Part shown: piece by piece, positions 14,346 through 25,994 of the stretch | How the letters are laid out: each line of letters opens with the position of its first letter | Position numbering within the stretch: the stretch's first letter is position 1 | Assembly (NCBI GenBank): GCA_030770535.1 | Contig: JASVEC010000011.1 | Coordinates: 124,001 to 188,000, forward strand | Direction of reading: 5' to 3' | Source: Batkoa obscura | Taxonomy: Eukaryota | Length of the DNA stretch: 64,000 nucleotides | Program-made: the position numbers and the translations under genes | The notes under the pieces: generated by a model | Seen by the model: the letters and a program-made list of their open reading frames with translations, nothing else | The model's database searches: none | Told to the model about the DNA's origin: nothing

Positions 14346-15280
14346 TGTAAGATTAATTAAGGTAGCCACTTAGGTAAAATTGATTAAAATAATGAAATGC
14401 GTATATTTAAATAAAATATAATTTAAAAATATAATAAGAAGTTTGAATAAATTAATCAAATCACTTGTTTTAGTTGGATATAAAACTTACTGTACGTATA
14501 TTAACAAAGCATAATTGAACAAAGTAAAACAGGGAGCAAGTTTTTTGTTGGTTCATGATCAAATTATGATTTCATTTTCGCGGATTTTAGCAAATCAAAT
14601 TTAAACTATTTTACTTTTTATTCAATCAAATCATTTTTATAGTTAGGGAGAATAACTCCTACTACGTTTTTGGCTGAAAAAAGTCAAAACTACATCATTT
14701 CAGAAGAAAAAGACTATATTTTTATAAGAATACGATATGAAGTGAAGTTTAAAATAACATCAAATTTCTCGAAAACCCTTTTAAGGAAACATAAAAGTAT
14801 ATTCATACCCTGCTACTTGCTATCACCTTGATTTGTTATCAATCAATTTACCGCTTTATTAAAAAAAATGAAAATTTATCACTGTAAATTAATATTTTTA
14901 TTATATTGATATTCAATATGGTAGAAGATAGGGATACGATTTTAATCAAATTCTAACTAATTCTATAAAAAGCTAGGCGTTAATATTCCTAATATTTAAT
15001 ATAAACTAGGTTGATTTATTAAACTTCATTTAAATTAGTATTTGTATCATAATTAGAACATTAAATTAAATATAAAAACTTGGACTTATAATTTTGTATT
15101 ATATATAATAAATTATACAATATTATAAATAAAACATAATATTAGAAATAGAGTTGTAAAAAACTAAATAAATTGTATAATAATAACTTTAAAATAAAAT
15201 GCAAGGAATCTTTATATTAAAATATAATGAAAAACAACTTAAATGACGTTTAATAGTTCTTATATTAAACAAATAACATT

Positions 15281-15382
15281 TGGGGATGTATTTTTTTGTT
15301 TAAGAATTTTACTAATAGCTTTTCCACTTAAATAGCGCTTAAAAAATGGAAAAAATGATGAAATCAAAAAAAAACACCCCTA
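15281..15382 (+). mobile_element. MITE family A copy 1 (~100 bp)
   Basis: TGGGGATGTATTTTTTTG...AAATAGCGCTTAAAAAATGGAAAA...CAAAAAAAAAACACCCC terminal inverted repeats. Ten similar copies occur in the window. Confidence 0.85.
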
Positions 15383-15594
15383 TATATTTATACATTATAT
15401 ATCTATTAAAAACAATAAAAATAATATAAGACATATAATTTTAAAAAAAAACAATTAAAACAAGTCTTTTAAATTAAATTTAACTAATTGTATATTAGAA
15501 ATTTAGAAATTTAGAAACTTAAAATTTAGATTAATTTTTGAGTAAATTCTGAAACTAGTTTAGACATCTTTAAATGCTAATATTACTTAAGTTA

Positions 15595-16606
15595 TGTGAA
15601 ATATTGCTTCATCACCTTTATGATTAATTATAATACAATAAATCACTTAACTTGTTCATAAAACTAATTGAAGTTTTGTAATCAATTTAGCTATGGTTTA
15701 TGTAATATAATTAATTCAGAGTTTTTGATTTTGATTTGCTGTAAGAATTTTTACTACTTGATTATAAAAAAATTTCTTCTTTTAATATTTATATTTAATA
15801 GCTATAAAAAATACTTTTTATACTCTAACTAGGTGGCTATATATAAAAAACATTATAATAATTATTTTTTATTAATATAATAGAATAGCCTAAGGCTTTT
15901 TAGTTAAATTATTCCTTGATGTTATATTTTTAATAAAGCCACTAAATTTTTTTTTGACGGTATTTTATATAAATTTTACAGTAGTATCTTTTATATTATT
16001 TGTTTTATATAGTTTGTATCTTGTTGTGTGCTATTTTTTATAATTGAAGTTTATTTTAATTACATAAACTAAGATTTTTTGATTTATAGCTAGTTAATTA
16101 AGTGAAAAGTGCTTTTAACTCTAACTACTGTGAAAGTTGGTACTCAGTGGTAGGAGTTAAAAGCAGTTTTTGCTTGATTAACTTGCCTTGAGTCGAACGG
16201 TCTTAGTTTATATAATTAAGATAGACTTAAATGAATAAGAATAATACGTAATAAGTTACGAATTATGTAAAACAAATAGAATAGACAATACTACTATAAA
16301 ATCTACGTAAGACGTTGTCAGAAAGACTTAGTGGCTTTATTAATGGTATGATATCAGGGAGTAATTCAGTTAAAAAGCATCGAGTTAGTATGTTGAAGGA
16401 TCTCTTTTATACTCCAACAAGTATGGATATCAAAACGAGAGGATAATATTCTTTGCAATATGAAGTTAGAAATTCTCGCAGCAAATCAGAATAAGGGACT
16501 CTGACTTGATTGTGTTTGAACTTGAGAACACAACAACTTAAGTGATTGTTGTGTTATAATCAATCCGAGAGCTAATAAACCAATATTTCACACTACTGAG
16601 TACCAA
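15595..16606 (-). mobile_element. Old decayed solo LTR (minus), interrupted by a younger copy at 16129-16592
   Basis: Begins TGTGAAATATTG, the reverse complement of the LTR 3' end. The flanks of the insertion rejoin as ttttaactctaactac|tgagtaccaa, the reverse complement of the LTR 5' end. Confidence 0.75.
16129..16592 (+). mobile_element. Solo LTR (464 bp)
   Basis: TGTGAAA...TTTCACA inverted ends (TG..CA), CTAC duplicated on both sides, and a close homologue at 41267-41747. Confidence 0.82.
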
Positions 16607-16609
16607 TAT

Positions 16610-17190
16610 AAAAGTTAGTCTTTAGCAGTTAAAGTTAAAAAGCAGTTTTTGCTCGATTAACTTAACTGACTATAATTTGAAAAGTCTTAGTTTATATGAC
16701 TAAAATAGTCTTAAATTAATAAAAATAGTATATGGGGATGTTTTTTTGGTTTCATAACTTTTTTCATCTTTTAGGCGCTATTTGAGCGGAAAGATTGTTA
16801 GAAAAATTTTAAACAAAAAATACACCCCCATATAATAAGCTATATACTATATAAAACAAATAATATAAAAGATACTACTATAAAAATTATATAAAATACT
16901 ATAAGATTTAGTAACTTTATTAAAAATACAATATCAGAAAACAATTCAATTAAAAAGCCTCAAGTTATTATATTAAAAAAAATCTATACTTTAGTTAGGT
17001 GGCTATATATACGGAACATGATAACAGTTATAGTTTATTATTATAATTACTAAGTATAGATATCAATATAAAAAAATAATGTTTTTTGCAAATGGTAAAA
17101 ATTCTTATAGTAAATTAAAATAAAAACTCTGAATTGATTGTATCATATGAATTATAATCAATTATGAAGCTGATAAAGTAATATTCCATA
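16610..17190 (+). mobile_element. Decayed solo LTR copy interrupted by MITE A
   Basis: Aligns by eye to the LTR (aaaagcagtttttgctcgattaact.. gtcttagtttatat.. ggtggctatatat.. aactctgaattgattg) with many G>A/C>T changes. Confidence 0.72.
16733..16830 (-). mobile_element. MITE family A copy 2
   Basis: TA|TGGGGATG...CACCCCCA|TA. Comparison with the empty LTR site shows exactly TA duplicated. Confidence 0.88.
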
Positions 17191-17194
17191 CCAG

Positions 17195-17350
17195 CTTTTA
17201 TAACTATCTATTTTATTTGTTTTATATAGTATATAGCTTGTTATATACTATCTTTATTAGTTTAAGTCTATCTTGGTTATATGAACTAAGATTTTTTAAT
17301 TTATAGTCAGTTAATTAAGCAAAAGCTGTTTTTAACTCTAATTATTAAAT
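17195..17350 (-). mobile_element. Fragment of a further decayed LTR copy
   Basis: Reverse complement of the LTR 5' part (ttatttgttttatatagt.. aactaagatt.. gttaattaagcaaaagctgtttttaactct). Confidence 0.65.
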
Positions 17351-19121
17351 ACTAAATTTTTTATTTTTTACTTTTAAATAATTTTAAAAATACATAACTA
17401 TTTAATTAAAAAGCGTTTAAAATTAATTAATAATAAACATAAAAATAATAAATTATTTCAAAGTGCATTGATTAAAATAATAGCAAAATAATCTTTTATT
17501 ATAATTGCTAAATATAAACATTAAAATAAAAAAATAATAAATCAATTAATATTTTACATTTTACTAATAACATTAAAAATTTTATATTAGCATTATTAAA
17601 TAGTTTTTGGTATAAGCTATATTTTTTAAAAAAAGTTTAATTTTATTAGATTTCAATAAAAATAAGTTTTTCCTGAACTGGACTTTTTTCTGTTGTTATA
17701 AGATTAATCATAGTTTTTCAATAATGGCAACTTTTTAAGACTGAATTTTTAAATTTAATACTGAACCGTTACTGTCTACTATTTTCACTATTTAATTACT
17801 AGTTTATTAAATTAATCATAAAACATAATTAAGCGAGAATATTCCTGTATGAAATTTGTTTAAACCAGCGTGATAGCAAAACAATAGATTTGGGTAAGAA
17901 ATTGATTTAATAAATTTTATTGAAATTTAATAATTTATTGCAAGTTAGTATGGCAAAGTAAAGGTATTTTTCATTGCGTTTTTAAAGCTTAAAAACAATT
18001 TAATATTAGACATAAATTCCGCATAGTTTATGTATAAAGTTGTGTAGATATTGTTATGTAAGGGATATAGAATGGAATGATATAAACTTAAAAACAAAAT
18101 ATTAAAATAGTTCAAATATCAAACTTTTGTTTCATAATAAAAATTCAGATCACACAATAGTATTCTCTAAGAAAATAAAAACAAGTTATACTAATATTAT
18201 TACTCATGAAACAGGTCTTATTAAGTATTCAATTTAATCAATTTTACATATACAAGAGCTCTTTTTATTTCGCATTTATTATTTTTAAACAACACGAAGT
18301 TGTAATAACTTTCAATGGTCCTATCAAAATTCATATGCAAGGGCTCAATTGTTTCACTCACACTACATTTAATAACATTAAAAAATAGAGATTTATATTA
18401 AATTAGTCTTTTAGATAGTGAAATAATAGTATAGTTTACATTTCATTAATAATATTAGATATCAAAGGAACATCTATACTCAGCTTGAAGTAGTACAAAG
18501 ATTAAAATGAGTCAACGCAATCAACTGATTTCTCACGCGAACTAAAAATTGAGTCATATTGAAGATTTATGAAGAATTTTAATTCTAAGTATAATTTATA
18601 ATCTCAAAATCTATTTTAACTTGAGTTTGCTAAATATTAGTAAATGTTTTACCAACAATATTAAACCTTATGATTTACAATTTAATTTAATATCGTTAGA
18701 TAATAGTATATTATTTTGCTACTATTTATCATTCATCTACTTACCTTGAACCTAATTTAACCTTATTATATTGTGTTAGTATTGAACATTAACATAACAA
18801 CATACAAAATAAATAGAAATCATGTTAAAAAGAATAGGAGTAGACTATATTTCATAATTAAAAATATTCAAGCTTAATGTTATATTTATATTTTTTTAAT
18901 GAAAAAAATTAGAAATTCGAAGCAGTAGAATAAAGAATAATTTAATCACGCTAAAAATTATTATCTAAAGTTATAACTTTTCGAGAATATCATAACAAAT
19001 AAAATTGAAATTTACTATAATAGAGGCTCTCCTCTTGAAAAAAAGAGTATATATAAAGCGGCTAAAATAGATTCAAATAGGGTATCAAATTATTTTATAA
19101 AATAATTATTTATTTAATACT

Positions 19122-21014
19122 ATGCAACTTAATTTTTTTCCAATAGTAACTCTTTTAGTTACTTTAGTATCTGGTCAAACCAACGATGGAGCTGCTGATC
19201 CTTGTGCCAAAATTGCTAAAAAAGCAGTAGTTAGTTACAATGACGTCCTTGCTTGTTATGATAACTTTAAGTTAACTGATAAAGTACGTGATGGTGTTTC
19301 AGATACTTTAAAAAAGATCCTTCCTTTCTATGCTTTTATTGATATTGCTAAAAGATCCCCTGATCCAAAAGTACCTAGTTATATTGATATTGAAGCTGAA
19401 TTGAACAAAGTCTTATCTAAAAAATATGATACTGAACGTGATTTCCAAATTTCTATTGCTAAATTCTTTAACACTTTAGAAGATGGTCATACTAGATATA
19501 CTTCACAATGTTTCACTAGTTTCGCATTCAGACAACCATTCCCATTATATCCAGAAGAGGGTAAATGGGGAGAAATCCGAGTTAAGATCCCTCAAGGTTT
19601 AAAATATGCCCAACCTCTTCTTGATGCTTGGAAAGCTGCTGGTGTAGATGTATTAAGCTATGCTGGTGCTGAAGTGTTATCGATCGATGGTAAACAACCA
19701 CTCGAATTTGTTGAAGAGTATGCCAAACATTATGTTGGAACATCAAGAGATGTTAACTCTCGTATGAATTATGCACTTGCACGTTCCATTCAAAGTAATG
19801 GTCAGTGGGGTATTAGTTATGGTAGCTTTGGTTCTACTACTATTCCACCAGTTAAAGAAACTTTAACTTTTAGAATTCGTGTTGGTAATGGTGAAAAAGA
19901 AGTAGTTGTACCTTATATTGCTACTTCAAATGTAGCACTTCCATTCACCAATGCTGATTCCTTTTATAAAAACAATTGTGGAGCTGATGTTCCTAAAGCT
20001 GGTGATAATAAAAACGCCAATGAGCTTCAATTATTAGAAGTACCCGAAGTTAAGGAAATCCCAATTGAAGCTCCAATTGAATCTAAAGACTCTAGATTAA
20101 TTGATCCTCTTTTAACTGCTGTTGTTGATGGTACTTACGTTAAAACATATATCTTACCCGATAATGTAGGTGTTGTACATATTTCTACTTTTTCAGCCGA
20201 TAATAGATTGAAATGGTTTACTGAAATAATGCAAGGTTTTAAAACCCTTCAAGATGAGAAAGTTGAAAAATTGATCTTAGATGTAAGCAACAATGGTGGT
20301 GGTTATATCTGTTGGGGTTATAATGTACTAGATTATCTCTTCCCAAATGCAACTACTAAATTTTTCAATACTGATATGCATTATTCTCCATTACTTGCTA
20401 AGCTTACCCAAAATGAAGATTATGGTTTCTTTAATCCAGGTAGCTACAATCAACCTGATGGCAAGCCATTTACTACTGAAAATGCTTTCACCGAAATTAA
20501 GACTTATTATCGTGGTATCAACAGAAATAGTCAATACACTCCTCAATTCCAAGAAAAATGTGGTGCCAACCCATTGAGATCTTTGCTAGTTAATAATACT
20601 CAACCATTTAAAACTGAAAATATTGCTTTAGTTTCTAACTCCATCTGTTATTCTACTTGTACCCTTTTAAGTAACGGTATGCAAGAATTCCATGATGTTA
20701 AGAGTTATGCTTTTGGTGGTCTTAAATATAAAGAAGCTACTATTGGTTCTCTTGCTGGTGGTACTGTTTATTCTCTTGATGGCCTTTTAGGTAGCCTAGA
20801 ATATTCTGGATTAAATAAAGATCCTGCTGCTCCACAACCACTCCCAACTAAAGGTGGTGTTCGTTTCACTGTTAGAGAATCTTACTCTTCTAGATTTAAG
20901 GAGCTTCGTCCTTTAGAATTTACTTGGAATCCAGCCAAAAATCATAAAGCTTATAATGCTGATACTGCTTTCAATCCATACAAGGTCTGGGAACAAGTTG
21001 CCAAAGATTTATAA
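19122..21014 (+). CDS. Secreted peptidase family S41 (CPAF-like), paralogue 1, intronless
   Basis: Signal peptide, LEDGHT (putative catalytic His), PDZ-like GAEVLSIDG, VGVVHISTFS, LILDVSNNGGG and SICYSTC (putative catalytic Ser). Confidence 0.88.
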   Translation: MQLNFFPIVTLLVTLVSGQTNDGAADPCAKIAKKAVVSYNDVLACYDNFKLTDKVRDGVSDTLKKILPFYAFIDIAKRSPDPKVPSYIDIEAELNKVLSKKYDTERDFQISIAKFFNTLEDGHTRYTSQCFTSFAFRQPFPLYPEEGKWGEIRVKIPQGLKYAQPLLDAWKAAGVDVLSYAGAEVLSIDGKQPLEFVEEYAKHYVGTSRDVNSRMNYALARSIQSNGQWGISYGSFGSTTIPPVKETLTFRIRVGNGEKEVVVPYIATSNVALPFTNADSFYKNNCGADVPKAGDNKNANELQLLEVPEVKEIPIEAPIESKDSRLIDPLLTAVVDGTYVKTYILPDNVGVVHISTFSADNRLKWFTEIMQGFKTLQDEKVEKLILDVSNNGGGYICWGYNVLDYLFPNATTKFFNTDMHYSPLLAKLTQNEDYGFFNPGSYNQPDGKPFTTENAFTEIKTYYRGINRNSQYTPQFQEKCGANPLRSLLVNNTQPFKTENIALVSNSICYSTCTLLSNGMQEFHDVKSYAFGGLKYKEATIGSLAGGTVYSLDGLLGSLEYSGLNKDPAAPQPLPTKGGVRFTVRESYSSRFKELRPLEFTWNPAKNHKAYNADTAFNPYKVWEQVAKDL

Positions 21015-21940
21015 AAAAGTAACGAATACATGTAATTAATAAAATCAATTCTATTGTTAAATTTGTTTTTTCGTAAAGTTTCAAATTAGAGTATTTATCC
21101 TAGTTTTTTTAAATTTTTTGAAAGGGTTCAAATTCTTAAGTGATTTATAAACAAATAATAGAGAGCAGAAATAAGCCTCAATCATAAGGCATCTCTTTTC
21201 TCTTTATAAGAAAAAGTATAACGAATATTAATTTAATTCATTTGATTATCTAATTTTACATTCCATAAAGAGGAAAAGAACCATGAACTACATTGGCTCT
21301 TTTATAAAGAAAAATTTGATATGAAACCAAAATATATTTCATAAAAGTACTGAACAAAAGTTGAGAAGAAACGAAAAAAGTAAAAATATTTACAAAAAGA
21401 TGTTAGCAAGCTCCGATTCCCACTTACCACTACTTGAAATACTGGTCATATATATCATCCATAGATACTATTGTAAAATAGTTTTTGAAAACAAATGTGG
21501 CCCAGTCCTTATCTCTTCACCTATACTAAAATGGAAACACTTTCTTATTAATGAATTCTTCCTAGCCTCTTTTAAATTAGAGAAATTTAAATCAAATTAA
21601 AAAATTCTTGAGGTGGGCACATCATTTGGCCCAAAAACTTCTACTAATGTTAAAGACCTTTTCTTCCTTTAACCTACGTTAGTAATTTATCGCTTTATTT
21701 ATTCTTTCTTTTATTCTAAATAAACACTACCATAGGCACATAATTCTAAAAAAGATATCAGCGACATCGAGTTATTATTTGTAAGGATTGTAATAGATAA
21801 GTAACAAAAATAAATACTAAAAATATTTAATAATTGATTCTATCAAGAAGCGGTGGACGATACACTTTCCAAAGTAAAAAAAGATCCATCTAGAGCATAT
21901 TTGAGTTAATGACTTTGTGGTTGAATCTAAAAATAAAACA

Positions 21941-22041
21941 TGGGGATGTATTTTTGTGTTTAAGAATTCTACTAGCAACTTTTCCACTCAAATAGCGCTT
22001 AAAAGATGGAAAAAGTGATGAAGCCAAAAAAAAACCCCCCA
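21941..22041 (+). mobile_element. MITE family A copy 3
   Basis: TGGGGATGTATTTTTG...CAAAAAAAAACCCCCCA|TA with the same internal sequence as other copies. Confidence 0.85.
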
Positions 22042-22741
22042 TATGTTAACTAACCTCAAGAGGATAGCGGAATTTATTTTCAAAAAGCTTAACATTTAAA
22101 GTAAACAGTAGTACTTGTGATATCTAGCTACTCAGTTTTTTTGATAAATAAATCTTTGAATTTTACATTATATACTATTTACTAACATTATATTTAATGA
22201 TAAAATTAAAAATTATGTATATATATTTAAAAAGTTCAATATAATCAACTTTTTATAAAACAGTTTTATTTATTTATTACTTTTAGTTTTGATATTAACA
22301 GGTTTATTATAATTATTTATAATAATAATAATAATATATTGTAAAAAAAAAAATCAAAATTAAGACATATATTTAATATTGATTATTTTATTTTTTGATA
22401 TTTTAGATATTGAATTAGTTATATACTCTTTATAAAGTACTATAATTAACCATTTTTTAAAATTTGGACTCAGATTTAATAAAAGTTATCTCCTTTTCAC
22501 ATCCAATTTTGCAACTAATTTCTACCAACCAAAGATTTCATTGAATAAACTGGCCCAAATCTTTGCAATCTTAGCTACATTAAAAGATATTTAAAAAAAA
22601 TTGAACATTATTTTTTTATTAAAAAAAAGGAAATAGATAGAATCCAACAATTAAAAAATACATAATCAATTGAAACTTAATCATTAACTTTACAAACCAA
22701 TATATATTAATAGCAAGATTTAAAAAAAAAATAACGTAAAG

Positions 22742-23358
22742 ATGAGTATCAATATGGGATTATTATTTGCTGATGCATTTGAAGTAGCTGAAAAATTTGT
22801 AGCTTCATATTATGATATATTGGACAATAAAAGACTGGTAATTTCAAATATTTCACTAACTTCAATATCAAACAAGTTTTATTTAAATAATATTCAATAA
22901 ATATTTTAGTCTTGGAACGTATTTTATAAAGAGAATTCTACAATGGTGTTTAATGGTAACCGAGTTTAATAATTGAAATGGAAACTTAATAATGAGTTAT
23001 TTTTAGGCAACTCAATCAAAGGTTTAGACTCAATAAATACTTTTCAACCAAGAGTACCTACTTCAAGAACTACGGTTTCAACAGTCAACTCACATCCACT
23101 TCCATGTAGGTTATTTTTTTAAATCCTATCAAATCCCCCTTCAATTAATTAACAAAAACTAATATTTTTTATTAAATTTTATTTTTAGTTTCAACATATT
23201 TAAATGGCCCTTGTTGTTTTCAAGTATTTGTATCGGGTACCATTAGTTTTGGTGGTGAAAAAAAAGCTTATCCATTTTCTCAAATATTTTTATTATCCCC
23301 GGACCCTCAACAAGCTAACGCTTACTTTATTGCTAATGATACTTTTCGTCTGGTTTAA
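22742..23358 (+). CDS. NXT1: NTF2-related export protein Nxt1/p15 (4 exons)
   Basis: AEKFVASYYDILDNKR..FYKENSTMVFNGN..NSHPL..VSGTISFG..FSQIFLL..YFIANDTFRLV*. Confidence 0.85.
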
Positions 23359-23438
23359 GTATTTTTATAGTACGCAATAATGTTTTTTTAATATGCTATA
23401 AATTTAGTTTTATATATCTAATTTAATTTTTTAATTTT

Positions 23439-23718
23439 TTATTTAATAGATTTATTTAGACTAGTCAATGGCACATCTAAAGCAGATGAACTTTGTGGAT
23501 CTTTAGTTTGATTATTATGGTTAATTAAGTTCCAACGATAATCCATGACTTTTTTTTGATTATTTAATTTAACTTGATGATTTTTTACTAGCTTATAAAT
23601 TATTAGAACGGCTATTAATAATAGTACAATCATTATTGAACTTGATATAGCTATCATTTGAGTATTATCAATAGATGAATTAGGTTTATTATTAGGACTA
23701 TCATTCGACAGAGTATTG

Positions 23719-23753
<35 letters not shown>

Positions 23754-24540
23754 TGTATTATTTGTATTATTTGTATTATTATTTTCGTTTGTATTGTTAT
23801 GACTATTGTTATCAGTATTGTTATTAATACATTTACCCTCAATTAAATTAAATGAGTCATCACAAGATAAACAAGTATAATTAAAATTGGATAAATTATT
23901 TACGTTATTAAAAGTACAAGAAATACAATTTTTAGGACAAACTAAGATAAAAAGTCGATTAAGTAATTTTTTATAAATAAAATATCGAAACAAAACTTAC
24001 GATCACATACGCCAAATTTATTAATTATTTGATAATTTCCACAATTATTAAAATAATTACTAAATTGATCTTGAGTTATTACTTTACATTCATTTTTTTT
24101 TCTTATCATCGGATATTCAATTTGATCTTGAATTATTTTATCTTTACATAATAAACATTCCACTTTTTTTAATCCATAACATTGATAACAATTACTATCG
24201 CATTCTAATAAATTAGTTATTAAAAATTAATTAATATAGTAAATATAATTGATAATACTTACTCTTACATGACCCATCTATAAAAATACCTTCATTGAAA
24301 TCATTCTTACAATAATATTCAGGTTTTAATACACATCCTTTATCCCCAGCTAATTGTAAGGTTTGATTATTATAACATGAGATACATTCACCATTGGGAT
24401 TACATCGCTCACAACCAGGTAAGTTACATACTTTAAAGGAAAGTTAGTTACCTTGAATAGTTAAGATAAGACATTAAAATTCATTTACAATGACATTCAT
24501 TATCAACAGAAGAGAGATAAGAATCAAGGTTGCAAGCCAT
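23439..24540 (-). CDS. CxxC (furin-like/growth-factor-receptor) cysteine-rich single-pass membrane protein (4 exons)
   Basis: Spliced: CNLPGCERCNPNGECISC..GSCK-CDSNCYQCYG..ECLLCKD..GVCD-CPKNCISC..TCLSCDDSFNLIEGKC, then an Asn-rich stalk, TM IAISSSIMIVLLLIAVLIIY and basic residues. Confidence 0.7.
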
Positions 24541-24777
24541 TTTTGAGAATAAATTTTAGATTATGTTAGTTTCCATTGTATTTATAGTATTTTTATTAGA
24601 ATTTAAAGAGTTATTAAGTTTTCTTTTTAATTCAAGGTTTTGATTTTAGTTCAAAGAATTATAAAGAAAATAGTAGCTTATAAAAATAGTAAATTGAAAA
24701 TGGTGGTGAATCAAGAAAATTAACAAAAAATAAAACAAAAATTTTGTTTTTTAATACAAAAAAATAGAAATAGAAAA

Positions 24778-25926
24778 ATGTCAATAAATAATGAAAACTT
24801 AAATGAAACCACCACTTCAATTAACAATGAAATTATGAATAATAATAATAATAATAATGAAACCCCTTGTATCCGAATTGATGAATCTACTAAACAAGAA
24901 TTAAAACAACGAAAAGTTGGAGTAAGTGAATTTTGGTATAAAAAATATAGTAATGAAGCATCTAAGAATTGGTAATACATTCTATCATCTCCTAATTTTC
25001 AATAAACTTATTAGTTGATTTTTAATTAGGGATAAATTTTACAAACGTAATGGGATTAATTTCTTTAAAGATCGACATTGGATAGATAAAGAATTTGAAG
25101 AATTAAATCAATTAATTAATAATAATGATAAAAATGAACAAGTAAGATAAATCTATTAATATAAAAAACAACTAATACTTATTAATATTTTGTTTTTTTA
25201 AAACTAGAAAAGATATATATTAGAAGTAGGTTGTGGTGTTGGAAACTTTGTTTATCCAGTATTAAATCAAACTAAAAATTTAATCTTTTATGCTTGTGAT
25301 TTTTCACCAAGAGCAGTCCAATTTGTTAAAGTAACTCATCTTTCTATTTTATTTTATTTTATTTTATTTTATTTTATTTTATTTTATCAAATCAATTAAA
25401 TAACATTATTATTTTGATTTTCTATAGGAACATCCAGAGTATAATCCAAATAGATGTATACCTTTTGTATGTGATATAACGAAAGATAATTTATCTGAAA
25501 ATGTCAAAAATGAATTAGATTATGTATCTTGTATATTTGTAATATCCGCTATACCACCAAATAAACAAAAGGCTAGCTTTGAAAATATACACAAAGTAAG
25601 CAATTTATATTAAAGTAAAAATTAGCCTATTAATTAATAAATTCTAGGCCATGAAACCAGGTGGTAAACTATTCTTTCGAGATTATGCAGAATATGATGC
25701 GGCTGAAATTCGATTTAAAAGTAGTAATAAAATTGATGATCAGTTTTATGTACGTCAAGATGGGACATTTAGTGTTTATTTTAATCAACATCAATTTCAA
25801 GAGTTAGTACAAGAAGTTGGGTTTAAAGTAGTGGAGATTAATTATGTTCATAAAAAGATGGAAAATATTAAATTGGGAGTTAAAGCAGATAGAATATTTT
25901 TACAGGCAGTGATAGAGAAGTGTTGA
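24778..25926 (+). CDS. METTL6: tRNA m3C methyltransferase, METTL6/Trm140 family (multi-exon)
   Basis: ASKNWDKFYKRN..FFKDRHWIDKEFEEL, ILEVGCGVGNF, ACDFSPRAV, KPGGKLFFRDYAEYD and FYVRQDGT. Confidence 0.9.
25346..25386. repeat. (ATTTT)n microsatellite in a METTL6 intron
   Basis: About 8 tandem ATTTT units. Confidence 0.85.
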
Positions 25927-25994
25927 GAAAAGGATATTGATAGAAGAATAAAATTAAAATATGAATTTATTTGATGAAGCTTTTTTTTATTAAA

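Noticed and set aside
19122..21014. Recent bacterial horizontal transfer or retrocopy origin of the intronless S41 genes
   Set aside because: CPAF-like S41 proteins are known in fungi, base composition fits the host, and upstream DNA was co-duplicated. HGT cannot be supported without a phylogeny.
21361..21680. 79-aa ORF, and a minus-strand TLVEVFGPND reminiscent of a LINE endonuclease
   Set aside because: Only one weak motif, with no downstream GDFN or other support.
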